Below are positions 44,869-55,147 of a stretch of DNA of 61,424 bases, one piece after another. The first letter of the stretch is position 1; every line of letters starts with the position of its first letter. This DNA comes from a bacterium (GTDB lineage Bacteria; Patescibacteriota; Minisyncoccia; Phycocordibacterales; JBBTRF01): positions 92,870 to 154,293 of the forward strand of contig JBAXTI010000002.1 of the NCBI GenBank assembly GCA_037130265.1. The letters run 5' to 3'. The notes beneath the pieces were generated by a model. The model made no database searches. It was given only the letters and a program-made list of their open reading frames with translations, and was not told the origin of the DNA. The translations under genes and the position numbers were made by a program.

Positions 44869-45630
44869 ATGAAAGTCAAAATCACAAAAAACGCCAAGAC
44901 CTCGGTGACATTTCATATTGTCACTCTTTTTCCGCAGTCATTCGACTCGTATCTCGCCGAGTCGATTTTGAAGCGTGCCATTGAAGACAAAAAGATCGCG
45001 GTGAAATTCTACAACCCGCGTGATTTTGCTGTGCAGCCAAAGAATCGCAAGCAAACCTACGCTGAGCGACGCGTGGACAACCGGCCATTTGGTGGTGGTC
45101 CGGGCATGGTGATCGAGGCACTGCCAGTGATCAAGGCGATCGAAAAAGCAGTTGGCCGAAAGATGTCGGCAAAGAAGAGGGGTGTTGCTAAGTCTACGTC
45201 GCCAGCTTTCATTTGGCTTACACCATCCGGTGCTCAATTTACTACCGAAGTTGCACACAATATTGTCTCAACGTCTTCTAGTGCAGCGACAAAAGACATC
45301 GTAATCGTCTGCGGTCGCTACGAAGGTATCGATGCGCGTGTGAAGGAGGTGTTTCCGTTTCAGGAAGTGTCGGTTGGGCCATTTGTACTTACGGGCGGGG
45401 AATTGCCAGCCATGTTGATGATCGACTGTATCGCACGCCAGGTGCCCGGCGTGCTTGGCAACTTCGACTCCCGCGAAGAAGCTCGCAACGCCAGCCCGGA
45501 TGTGTACACTCGTCCCGAAGTTTTTGTATACAAAAAGAAAAAGTATCAAGTGCCACCAGTATTACTCTCTGGCCATCAGGCAAAGATTGAGGAATGGAAG
45601 AAAGAGCAGCTTGCCAAGCGTCGGGCCTAA
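44869..45630 (+). CDS. trmD: tRNA (guanine37-N1)-methyltransferase
   Basis: HIVTLFPQSF, RPFGGGPGMV and CGRYEGIDARV. Confidence 0.9.
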   Translation: MKVKITKNAKTSVTFHIVTLFPQSFDSYLAESILKRAIEDKKIAVKFYNPRDFAVQPKNRKQTYAERRVDNRPFGGGPGMVIEALPVIKAIEKAVGRKMSAKKRGVAKSTSPAFIWLTPSGAQFTTEVAHNIVSTSSSAATKDIVIVCGRYEGIDARVKEVFPFQEVSVGPFVLTGGELPAMLMIDCIARQVPGVLGNFDSREEARNASPDVYTRPEVFVYKKKKYQVPPVLLSGHQAKIEEWKKEQLAKRRA

Positions 45631-45648
45631 TGTGATATACTTTTCGGC

Positions 45649-46323
45649 ATGGAAAACCGAAATACCAACACCAATGTCGCCATTGCGGTCGCGCTCGTCG
45701 CTGTTCTTGTCGGCTATTTGACTCTCGCGCCGTACAAGGGACGGACTGTGCCGACACCGAGCGTATTGAACACCGATTCGTATAGCACCACGACCCCTAT
45801 TACTCAAACAAATCAGACAAATACAAACGTAACCACCAACACCATGCCAACATCTGCAAAAACTGTCACCATCGAAACCAACAAGGGCACCATCGTCTTT
45901 GAAATGTTCCCAGCAGACGCGCCGAAGACCACAGAGAACTTCGCAACTCTCGCACAGAAGGGTTTCTATGACGGCGTGATCTTTCATCGTGTCATCGACG
46001 GCTTCATGATCCAGGGCGGCGATCCTACTGGTACCGGCATGGGTGGTCCAGGCTATACTTTCGAGGATGAGCTCAATCCAAACACTCCTTCATACAAGCT
46101 CGGATACCAGAAGGGAATGGTGGCAATGGCCAATGCTGGTCCCAATACCAATGGCAGCCAATTCTTCATCATGCTGAAAGACACACCGCTTCCTCATGCG
46201 TACACCATCTTCGGACGTGTGATCTCTGGTCAGAATGTTGTCGATGCGATTGGTAAGGTGCAAGTCGGTTCAAACGACAAGCCGGTCGAGGCGGTGGTGA
46301 TGAAGAAGGTGACGGTGAAGTAA
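45649..46323 (+). CDS. cyclophilin-type peptidyl-prolyl cis-trans isomerase with N-terminal membrane anchor
   Basis: FHRVIDGFMIQGGDPTGTGMGGPGY and MANAGPNTNGSQFFI. Confidence 0.9.
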   Translation: MENRNTNTNVAIAVALVAVLVGYLTLAPYKGRTVPTPSVLNTDSYSTTTPITQTNQTNTNVTTNTMPTSAKTVTIETNKGTIVFEMFPADAPKTTENFATLAQKGFYDGVIFHRVIDGFMIQGGDPTGTGMGGPGYTFEDELNPNTPSYKLGYQKGMVAMANAGPNTNGSQFFIMLKDTPLPHAYTIFGRVISGQNVVDAIGKVQVGSNDKPVEAVVMKKVTVK

Positions 46324-46334
46324 AACATCCTCAC

Positions 46335-46817
46335 ATGAATCCCGAATCATTCTCAGTACACGAGCCGGCTCCAGAGGAAGGCCACCACGAGGAGGCGGAA
46401 ACAAAGACCGAAAAAAGCGATTTTCTCAAACCGCTGAAAAAGCTCGCGGCTTTCGCGAGTATTGCTGCCGTGACGCATTTTGCTGGTGTTGGTGAAGCTG
46501 TTGGAGCTGATTTTGAAAAGGGTGCGCCCAATAAAGATGGTGTGAGTTCTTCCGAAAAAATGGAATCGATGCGGATCAGTGACAAGTATCGTGGCATGAA
46601 GAATGTTGTATTGACCACTGAAGAATATGCGCGCTTGAGGGAAGAATTACCGAAAACGCAGGGCGTCGGCGTGATTAAAGAACCATTCCACTATTCGTGT
46701 GTAATGCTTAAGCCAGGAGAGAGACTGCAAGATTATTTCAAGGGCATCGGTGCAAGTATCTATAAAGAATACGATTCGAGCGTTCGTTGGACGAAAGATC
46801 TGATGGGGAAGAAATAG
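46335..46817 (+). CDS. hypothetical protein (160 aa)
   Basis: ORF only. No family recognised. Confidence 0.4.
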   Translation: MNPESFSVHEPAPEEGHHEEAETKTEKSDFLKPLKKLAAFASIAAVTHFAGVGEAVGADFEKGAPNKDGVSSSEKMESMRISDKYRGMKNVVLTTEEYARLREELPKTQGVGVIKEPFHYSCVMLKPGERLQDYFKGIGASIYKEYDSSVRWTKDLMGKK

Positions 46818-46838
46818 ATATAAAATCATTCGCCCCAA

Positions 46839-47786
46839 ATGGAAACCGTTCCTCAACAACCAGTAGTGCCCAATTGGGAAAAGAAAAGTCCTTTCGAACA
46901 GGTTGATTTGAAAAAGGTTGCTGATTCGATCCATGAATTCTTCCCGAAAATAAAAACGGAGACAATCGAACTGTTGGGCGAGGGTACCCATAGTTGGGCG
47001 TTTTTGGTGAATGACGAATACGTATTTCGGTTTGCTCAATCTGTAGAGGCGGCTCGCAACCTGAGAAAGGAAATGATGGCACTGCCGATCATTGGACGCT
47101 ACACCACTTTACCAATACCTCAATTTGAATACATCGCGCTGGATAATGAAGGCAAGGGTTTTTCTGGCTACAAATGTATTCCTGGAAAAAGTTTTACTCG
47201 ATCCGTCATCGATTCGCTTAGTCCCGAGGAGCGAAAGACTGCCCAGGATGATCTGAAGCAGTTTTTTCAGGAGGTACATTCGATCCCCTTGGACCTTATG
47301 GAGTATGCTGGGGTTCGATTAAATACTATTCGAAGACGGGCGGAAAGAGCAAAAGATGAAGCCTTGCCTGCTATTGCAGAATTTCTTACGCCGGAAGAAA
47401 TTGTGCATTTCAGGAAAATGATTGAAGAATTTTTGGGAGATGAGAAAAACTTTTCTTACAAGAAAACGTTTCTACAGGGAGATGCAAATCCTTCGAATGT
47501 TCGTTTCGAAGAGACGAGTAGGCGTGTTGCAGGTGTAATCGATTGGGGGAATGTGACTATCGACGATCCGCTTTTTGATTTTGTAAGACCCTACCTGGGC
47601 TTCGGGAAAGTCTTTACTGAACAGATTTTGCCAGACATGTCCGAAGAGGAGAGGAAGTTCTCAATGGAGAAGATCCGCAAGATGGCAATATTTCTTGTGA
47701 TTGGTTCTGTGCATTACACCAAGGATGTGTACGGAAATGCAGCTGCCGTAAAAAGAGTTGAGCGGCTAAGGCGGATGAATCCTTAG
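46839..47786 (+). CDS. aminoglycoside/choline-kinase-type phosphotransferase family protein
   Basis: FLQGDANPSNV (HxDxxxxN-like, with Gln in place of His) and GVIDWGNVTIDDPLFDF. Confidence 0.7.
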   Translation: METVPQQPVVPNWEKKSPFEQVDLKKVADSIHEFFPKIKTETIELLGEGTHSWAFLVNDEYVFRFAQSVEAARNLRKEMMALPIIGRYTTLPIPQFEYIALDNEGKGFSGYKCIPGKSFTRSVIDSLSPEERKTAQDDLKQFFQEVHSIPLDLMEYAGVRLNTIRRRAERAKDEALPAIAEFLTPEEIVHFRKMIEEFLGDEKNFSYKKTFLQGDANPSNVRFEETSRRVAGVIDWGNVTIDDPLFDFVRPYLGFGKVFTEQILPDMSEEERKFSMEKIRKMAIFLVIGSVHYTKDVYGNAAAVKRVERLRRMNP

Positions 47787-48079
47787 TTGGTGGACAAAAT
47801 GCTGCGGAATGTCCCCTTGACATTTCCTCCCGCTTGGTATAAGGTACCCTTTACCTAACGCAAGAGTGAGTTACGGCTCGTTTAGGGGGTTTAGAGAGGT
47901 TAATCATTGAATCCCAGCTTGCATACATTCTATCGATAAAGAAAACAGAGAGAAGCCTCACCCGAGGTCTTTTTGCGTTTTGTTTTTGTCGACAGGGGCG
48001 TGCGCATCGTGGGGTTCGGTGATTGATTGACCCGGCTCAGGGCGGAGCCAATTATTAACGCGACTAGCATTTTCATACA

Positions 48080-51000
48080 ATGTCATCACGCATTGAGGCA
48101 CCACGTATTGAAGACCCAGCGGCAAAGATGTCGGTGGGCAAGCGCGAGAAGAAGCACTTCTCGAAGTATCGCGAATCGCTCATTGCGGTTCCGAGCCTCG
48201 TAGAGGCGCAGACCAAGTCCTTCCAGTGGCTTGTTGAGCACGGTCTCAAGGAAGTATTTTCAGAGTTTTCATCAATCAAGGATTACGCGAACAAGAAGTT
48301 CGAGCTCGACTTCACCGGTTTCAGCCTTGCTGAGCCAAAGTACGACGAGCACTATGCAAAACACAACAAGCTTTCGTACGAAGCGACCTTGAAGGCGACT
48401 GTCCGACTCAAGAACAAGATGCTCGGCTCTGTAAAGGAGCAGGAGATCTTCATGGCGGATTTCCCGATCATGACCAATCACGGTACTTTCATTATCGGAG
48501 GTATCGAGCGAGTCATCGTGCCACAGTTGGCGCGATCTTTCGGCGTGTTCTTCACCGATCAGGAAGTGAAGGGTAAGACACTCTTCGGCGCGAAAATCAT
48601 CCCAGCACGAGGTGCGTGGATCGAAATCGAGACTGATGCAGACGGTTCTCTCTATGTCCGCATCGACCGAAAGCGAAAGTTCGGCATCGCATCTCTCTTG
48701 CGAGTGCTCGGCGCAGCGACCGATGGCGATATCCAGGCACTCTTTGCTGGCACCGCTTTCTCAAAGCAGCATATTGATGTGTCTTTGGCGAAGGATCATG
48801 CGAAGACTGTCGACGAAGCATACGTGGAAATCCACAAGAAGCTTCGAGACGGCGACATGGGTACCGTCGACAATGCGAAGGAATTCATTAAGTCTATTTT
48901 CAGTGCAGAGCGATACGATCTTCACAAGGTGGGTCGTTTCCGATTCAACAAGCGCTTCGAGAAGAGCATGGAAGACAAGGCTCTTGAGCGACGCACTATC
49001 AATTTGGACGACGTTGTGACCATCATTAAGCACGTCATCTATTTGAACAACACTCCGAACGCGACTGCCGATGATATCGATCACCTCGGTTCACGACGAG
49101 TGCGTTATGTTGGTGAATTGATCCAGCAGAAGATCCGAGTCGGTATGTCTCAGATCAAGCGAAACATTCAGGATCGAATGTCGACTGTTGAGCCAGACAT
49201 CACTCAGCCTTTGAACTTCATTTCTCCAAAGCCTCTCCAGGCTCGTATTAAGGAGTTCTTCACGACCAACCAGTTGTCACAATTCATGCAGCAGGAAAAC
49301 GTGCTCCAGGAGCTCGAACACTTGCGTACCCTTTCGGCACTCGGACCCGGCGGTCTCACCCGAGAGCGAGCAGGTTTCGAAGTGCGAGACGTACATCCTT
49401 CTCACTACGGCCGACTCTGTCCTATCCACACTCCTGAAGGTCCAAACATCGGTCTTATTCTTCGTCTTTCAACCTACGCACGTATCAACGACTTCGGTAT
49501 GATCGAAGCACCATACGCAGTGGTGAAGGGTGGCAAGATCACCAAGGAAGTTCGATATCTCAACGCTCTCGAAGAAGAGAACTACAACGTTGCTCACGCC
49601 GCGATCAACTACGACAACGACGGCAACATCACCGACGAGATGGTGGAGGTTCGCAACAACGGAACACCAAGCTTCATTCCAAAGAATGATGTGCACTTTA
49701 TCGACGTCGGCACCGGTCAGCCGTTCTCGATTGCGACTTCGATGATTCCTTTCGTAAACCACGACGACGCCAACCGTGCGCTCATGGGTTCGAACATGCA
49801 GAAGCAGGCCGTGCCGTGTTTGGTGCCAGATGCACCGCTCGTTGCGACCGGTATTGAAGAAGTAGCCGCTCGAGATTCAGGCCGACTCATCATTGCTGAT
49901 GAGGAGGGTACGATCTCAGCGGTAGACTCAACAAAAATCTCTCTCAAGAATGCGAAGGGTAAGGAGAAGACGTGGAACCTCGTGGCCTTTTCACGAACCA
50001 ACGGCTTCACTGCTTTCCACCAGCGACCAATCGTGAACCTCGGACAGAAAGTGAAGAAGGGCGATGTACTCGCGGATACGTCATCTTCAGATAATGGCCA
50101 GGTAGCGCTCGGACAGAACATCCTCGTCGGATTCCTCTCATGGTCTGGTTCCAACTACGAAGACGCAATCATTCTCTCTGAGCGATTGGTGAAGGATAGC
50201 AAGTTCACCTCGATCCACATTGAAGAGTTTGTCATCAACGTGCGAGACACCAAGCTCGGACCCGAAGTGACCACTCCAGACATTCCAAACGTCGGCGAAG
50301 CGAAACTCAAGAATCTCGATGAAGACGGTATTATCCGTATCGGTGCGGAAGTACGATCTGGCGACATTCTCGTCGGTAAGATCACTCCAAAGGGCGAAAC
50401 CCAGCTCACTCCAGAAGAGCGACTCCTCAAGAGTCTCTTCGGTGAGAAGGCGCGAGATGTGAAGGATACTTCAAAGCGAATGGAGGGAGGCAAGCGTGGT
50501 CGCATTATTTCAGTAAAGATCTTCTCACGAGAGAAGGGCGACAAGCTCGAGTCTGGCATCATCAAGCGAATCCACGTGGAGATCGCGCAGCTCCGAGCCG
50601 TATCAGTGGGCGACAAACTCGCAGGACGACACGGTAACAAGGGTGTTATCTCAAAGGTGCTTCCAGTAGAAGACATGCCATACATGGCAGACGGTACTCC
50701 GATCGATATTATTTTGACACCGCTTGGTGTGCCTTCTCGTATGAACCTCGGACAGATTCTCGAGTTGCACTTGGGTCTCGCAGCGAACACCTTGAACTAT
50801 CAGGCAATCGTGCCTCCATTCGCAGGTGCGACTGATGCGGAAATCAAGAATGAACTCGTGAAGGCAGGCTTTGCGGCAGACGGCAAGATGAAGCTCTTTG
50901 ACGGACGAACCGGCGAAGCCTTCCAGCAGAACGTCGCAGTGGGATACATGTACATCTTGAAGTTGCATCACATGGTGGAAGACAAGATCCACATGCGATC

Positions 51001-51313
51001 TATCGGACCCTACTCGCTCATTACTCAGCAGCCATTGGGCGGAAAGGCTCAGGCCGGCGGTCAGCGATTTGGAGAAATGGAAGTCTGGGCGCTCCTTGGT
51101 CATGGTGCCGCTCATACATTGCGAGAAGTGTTGACGATCAAGTCCGACGACATTGTCGGTCGTTCAGCAGCCTTCGACGCTATTGTGAAGGGTCAGCGTA
51201 TCGTGCAGACCAACGTACCGGCTTCATTTAATGTGCTTTTGAACAACCTCCGAGGTTTGGCACTGGATGTCGACATGAAACGGGACGATGGCCTTAATGG
51301 GGGTACTAAATAA
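48080..51313 (+). CDS. rpoB: DNA-directed RNA polymerase subunit beta
   Basis: 1077 aa. Canonical blocks include GRHGNKGVISK and LGGKAQAGGQRFGEMEVWAL. Confidence 0.97.
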   Translation: MSSRIEAPRIEDPAAKMSVGKREKKHFSKYRESLIAVPSLVEAQTKSFQWLVEHGLKEVFSEFSSIKDYANKKFELDFTGFSLAEPKYDEHYAKHNKLSYEATLKATVRLKNKMLGSVKEQEIFMADFPIMTNHGTFIIGGIERVIVPQLARSFGVFFTDQEVKGKTLFGAKIIPARGAWIEIETDADGSLYVRIDRKRKFGIASLLRVLGAATDGDIQALFAGTAFSKQHIDVSLAKDHAKTVDEAYVEIHKKLRDGDMGTVDNAKEFIKSIFSAERYDLHKVGRFRFNKRFEKSMEDKALERRTINLDDVVTIIKHVIYLNNTPNATADDIDHLGSRRVRYVGELIQQKIRVGMSQIKRNIQDRMSTVEPDITQPLNFISPKPLQARIKEFFTTNQLSQFMQQENVLQELEHLRTLSALGPGGLTRERAGFEVRDVHPSHYGRLCPIHTPEGPNIGLILRLSTYARINDFGMIEAPYAVVKGGKITKEVRYLNALEEENYNVAHAAINYDNDGNITDEMVEVRNNGTPSFIPKNDVHFIDVGTGQPFSIATSMIPFVNHDDANRALMGSNMQKQAVPCLVPDAPLVATGIEEVAARDSGRLIIADEEGTISAVDSTKISLKNAKGKEKTWNLVAFSRTNGFTAFHQRPIVNLGQKVKKGDVLADTSSSDNGQVALGQNILVGFLSWSGSNYEDAIILSERLVKDSKFTSIHIEEFVINVRDTKLGPEVTTPDIPNVGEAKLKNLDEDGIIRIGAEVRSGDILVGKITPKGETQLTPEERLLKSLFGEKARDVKDTSKRMEGGKRGRIISVKIFSREKGDKLESGIIKRIHVEIAQLRAVSVGDKLAGRHGNKGVISKVLPVEDMPYMADGTPIDIILTPLGVPSRMNLGQILELHLGLAANTLNYQAIVPPFAGATDAEIKNELVKAGFAADGKMKLFDGRTGEAFQQNVAVGYMYILKLHHMVEDKIHMRSIGPYSLITQQPLGGKAQAGGQRFGEMEVWALLGHGAAHTLREVLTIKSDDIVGRSAAFDAIVKGQRIVQTNVPASFNVLLNNLRGLALDVDMKRDDGLNGGTK

Positions 51314-51324
51314 CTCACATCACC

Positions 51325-54300
51325 ATGAAAGAATTTACACCAACAAACAGCAAAGCAAAGGCAGCGTTCAACGACTTCAGCTCGATCGTGTTGAAGGTTG
51401 CATCACCAGAACGAATTCGTGAATGGTCATACGGTGAGGTCACGAAGCCAGAGACCATCAACTACCGAACTCAGCGTTCAGAAAAGAGTGGACTCTTCGA
51501 TGAAAAGATATTCGGACCAGACAAGGACTACGAGTGTTACTGTGGAAAGTACCGCGGTATTCGATACAAGGGAATTGTCTGTGAGAAGTGCGGAGTGGAA
51601 ATCACCCGCAGCATCGTACGACGAGAGCGCATGGGCCACATTGAGCTCGCATCCCCAGTGTCACACATCTGGTTCCTTCGAAGTATGCCGTCTCGAATCG
51701 GTCTCCTCATGGGTATGCCAACAGCAGACCTCGAAAAGGTGATCTACTTTGCCGGCTACATCATCACTTCGGTGAATGAAGATGAGCGATCAAACTTGCT
51801 CAAGGATCTCGATTCAGAATACAAGTCGAAGGTGAAGAATCTTCAGGACGAGAAGTCAAAGGAGGCCGTAAAGGAGCTTTTGACCAACGCGAAGAAGGAG
51901 ATTGAGAACGTCCAGGCAGGTGTGGTGCTCGACGAAGTGTCATACCACAACTACTCAGTGAAGTACGGAACTCTCTTCGAAGCGAAGATTGGCGCAGAAG
52001 CAATCTACGAAATCCTCAAGACTCTCGACCTCCAGAAGCTCCAAGGCAAGCTCGAAACCGAGCTCGAGAAGGCAAGCTCTCTCGACAAAGAGAAGATCAG
52101 CAAGCGACTCAGTACGGTGAAGGCGATGATCTCTTCAGGTATTCGACCTGAGTGGATGTTCCTCACCACCATCCCAGTCATCCCTCCAGCACTTCGACCG
52201 ATGGTCCCATTGGACGGCGGACGATATGCGACTTCTGATGTAAACGACCTTTATCGACGTGTGATCAACCGAAATAATCGTCTCAAGAAACTCATCGAGA
52301 TTAATGCTCCTGATGTTATCTTGCGAAACGAAAAGCGTATCTTGCAGGAAGCTGTCGATGCTCTTATTGATAGTTCGATCCGACACGGTAGTGCAAGCGC
52401 GGGTGCTCTTACTCAGGCACAGCGACGACCGCTTAAGTCTCTTGCGGATAACCTCAAGGGCAAGCGAGGTCTCTTCCGTGCAAACCTTCTCGGAAAGCGT
52501 GTGGACTACTCAGGACGATCAGTAATCGTCGTTGGTCCAGACCTCAAGCTCAGTCAGTGTGGACTTCCAAAGCACATGGCGTTGGAACTCTTCCGACCAT
52601 TCGTTATTTCGAAGCTTCTCGAGCGAGAGTTGGCATACAACATTCGTGGTGCTGGCCGACTCATCGACGAAGATATTCCAGAAGTGTGGGCGATCCTCGA
52701 AGAGGTGATCAAGGGCAAGTACGTTCTTTTGAACCGTGCTCCTACCTTGCACCGACTCGGTATTCAGGCCTTCATGCCGATCCTCATCGAAGGTAATGCG
52801 ATCCAGGTTCACCCACTCGTGTGTACCGCTTTCAACGCGGACTTCGACGGAGACCAGATGGCGGTCCACGTACCACTCGGCGAAGAGGCTCAGGCTGAAG
52901 CGCGCGAGATCATGGCTTCGGACAAGAACATTCTCAAGCCTGGTTCTGGTGAGCCAACCGTGACCGCGAAGCTCCTCGATATTATCCTCGGTTGTTTCTG
53001 GATCACGAAAGAAATCAATGGTGCAAAGGGCGAAGGTAGCTATTTCGGTACTCCTGCAGAGGCGATCACGGCTCACGACTTCGGAGAGCTCGATTTGCGA
53101 GCGAAGATCAAGCTCATCGCGCCAGAAAACGCAAAGTACGCGAAGCTCGAAGGTAAAATGTTTGAGACGACTGTCGGCCGAGTACTTTTCAACGAAGTGC
53201 TTCCAGCAGACTACGCGTTCATCAACAGAGAAATCACCCGAAAATTCATGGCCACTATCGGTGATGATTTGATCAACAAGTACGGCATGAAGAATGTCGC
53301 TCCGATCCTCGACGCGGTGAAGACCTTTGGATTCAAGTACGCGACCTACTCAGGCGTGACTTGGGGTATCGACGATGTGCAGGAGCCGGAAGGCAAGGGC
53401 GCGATCATCGATGCTTCAAAGCTCCTTGCGGACGAAGTGCAGAAGAATTACGACATGGGCTTCCTTTCAAAAGAAGAGAAGACTGAGAAGATCATTGAGG
53501 TGTGGCTCGGTGCAAAGATTGAGGTAGAAAAGCTCATCCCAGCGAGCTTGCCAAAGGACGGTTCTGTTCACGACATGGTGAACTCCGGTGCCCGAGGTTC
53601 CCTTGGTCAGATCACGCAGATGGCGGGTATGAAGGGTCTCATTCAGAGTGCATCCGGTGCGACAATCGAGTTCCCAATTTTGAGCTCGAACAAGCAGGGT
53701 CTCTCTCCGGTGGAATACTTCATCACCACTCACGGTTCACGAAAGGGTCTCACTGACACCGCGTTGAACACCGCGAAGGCCGGATACCTCACTCGAAAGC
53801 TCTTCGATGTATCTCAGGACGTCATTGTTGCAGAAGCAGATTGTGGATCGAAGGAAGGCATGGTGATCAAGAAAGAGACTGCATCCGGTATGGAGGTGGC
53901 TCTTGCAAAGAGCACCAAGGGCCGAGTCTTGGCAGAAGATGTTCTCAATGCTTCAGGCAAAGTACTCTTCAAGCGTGGCCACCTTTTGAACAAAGAGGAT
54001 GCCGACAAGATGGAGGCTGCAGGTATTACCGAAGTGAAAGTTCGTTCACCATTGGGTTGTAAGGCGCTCTACGGTGTCTGTGCACAGTGTTACGGAAACG
54101 ACGTCGGCCGAGGCGAGCTCGTACAGCTCGGTGAAGCGGTTGGTACTGTGGCAGCACAAGCGATCGGTGAGCCTGGTACCCAGCTCACAATGCGTACCTT
54201 CCACGCCGGTGGAGCCGCATCAGCAGGTGGAGACATCACTGCCGGTCTTCCTCGAGTTGAGGAAATCTTCGAGAAGCGTTCGCCAAAGAATCCTGCGGTG

Positions 54301-55077
54301 GTAAACCGTCTGGACGGCGTCGTCACTGAGATCAAGGATTTGGGCAAGGAAAAGGTCTTCACTGTCATTCCAGAAATTCCAGAAAAGTCGAAGGGCAAGA
54401 AGAAGGCGGAAAACGAATATGTCGCAAGCTTCCGACGAACTCCGTTGGTCAAGGTGGGCGACAAGGTGGTGAAGGGACAGCTGCTCACCGATGGTTCTGC
54501 TGATATCGACGAACTCTTCAAGTATGCCGGTCACGAGAAGACCGAGCAGTACATCATCAACGAAGTTTCAAAGTTGTATGAATTGCAAGGTGAGCCGGTC
54601 TCTCGAAAGCACATCGAAGTGATCGTGCGCCAGATGTTCTCTCGCCGAAAGGTGAAGCATGGCGGCGACACCAAGCTTTCTTCAGGAGATGTGGTCAGCT
54701 CAGCATACTTTGCAGAAGAGAATACGCGAGTAAAGGCGCTCGGCAAGGACGAGGCAAAGGGCGAGGCGGTTGTCATGGGTATCACAGAGATCTCTTTGAC
54801 CCGACGAAGCTTCCTTTCAGCGGCTTCCTTCCAGCACACTACTCGAGTACTCATCAACTCAGCGATCCGAGGCACCGAAGATCATCTCGCTGGTTTGAAG
54901 GAGAATGTTATTATCGGCCGATTGATTCCTGCGGGTTCTGGCTTCGCGGCCAGCCCAAAGGCGGCAATCACTGCCAAGGCGGCAGCTGATGCAACCCCGG
55001 TGTATCATGTGGATACGATTGCTCCAGCAGCCGTTGCGGTGACGGTGAAGAGTGAAGGAGAGGTAGAGAAAGAATAA
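51325..55077 (+). CDS. rpoC: DNA-directed RNA polymerase subunit beta'
   Basis: 1250 aa. Zn-finger [20 protein letters not shown], catalytic [12 protein letters not shown] and [15 protein letters not shown]. Confidence 0.97.
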   Translation: MKEFTPTNSKAKAAFNDFSSIVLKVASPERIREWSYGEVTKPETINYRTQRSEKSGLFDEKIFGPDKDYECYCGKYRGIRYKGIVCEKCGVEITRSIVRRERMGHIELASPVSHIWFLRSMPSRIGLLMGMPTADLEKVIYFAGYIITSVNEDERSNLLKDLDSEYKSKVKNLQDEKSKEAVKELLTNAKKEIENVQAGVVLDEVSYHNYSVKYGTLFEAKIGAEAIYEILKTLDLQKLQGKLETELEKASSLDKEKISKRLSTVKAMISSGIRPEWMFLTTIPVIPPALRPMVPLDGGRYATSDVNDLYRRVINRNNRLKKLIEINAPDVILRNEKRILQEAVDALIDSSIRHGSASAGALTQAQRRPLKSLADNLKGKRGLFRANLLGKRVDYSGRSVIVVGPDLKLSQCGLPKHMALELFRPFVISKLLERELAYNIRGAGRLIDEDIPEVWAILEEVIKGKYVLLNRAPTLHRLGIQAFMPILIEGNAIQVHPLVCTAFNADFDGDQMAVHVPLGEEAQAEAREIMASDKNILKPGSGEPTVTAKLLDIILGCFWITKEINGAKGEGSYFGTPAEAITAHDFGELDLRAKIKLIAPENAKYAKLEGKMFETTVGRVLFNEVLPADYAFINREITRKFMATIGDDLINKYGMKNVAPILDAVKTFGFKYATYSGVTWGIDDVQEPEGKGAIIDASKLLADEVQKNYDMGFLSKEEKTEKIIEVWLGAKIEVEKLIPASLPKDGSVHDMVNSGARGSLGQITQMAGMKGLIQSASGATIEFPILSSNKQGLSPVEYFITTHGSRKGLTDTALNTAKAGYLTRKLFDVSQDVIVAEADCGSKEGMVIKKETASGMEVALAKSTKGRVLAEDVLNASGKVLFKRGHLLNKEDADKMEAAGITEVKVRSPLGCKALYGVCAQCYGNDVGRGELVQLGEAVGTVAAQAIGEPGTQLTMRTFHAGGAASAGGDITAGLPRVEEIFEKRSPKNPAVVNRLDGVVTEIKDLGKEKVFTVIPEIPEKSKGKKKAENEYVASFRRTPLVKVGDKVVKGQLLTDGSADIDELFKYAGHEKTEQYIINEVSKLYELQGEPVSRKHIEVIVRQMFSRRKVKHGGDTKLSSGDVVSSAYFAEENTRVKALGKDEAKGEAVVMGITEISLTRRSFLSAASFQHTTRVLINSAIRGTEDHLAGLKENVIIGRLIPAGSGFAASPKAAITAKAAADATPVYHVDTIAPAAVAVTVKSEGEVEKE

Positions 55078-55100
55078 ATTTTTTAGAGAATCTCTAAGTA

Positions 55101-55125
55101 AAAAACGCACTTCTGTGCGTTTTTT
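55101..55125 (+). terminator. intrinsic terminator after rpoC
   Basis: AAAAACGCAC-TTCT-GTGCGTTTTT. Confidence 0.75.
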
Positions 55126-55147
55126 ACTTCATGATAGAATACCCCTA

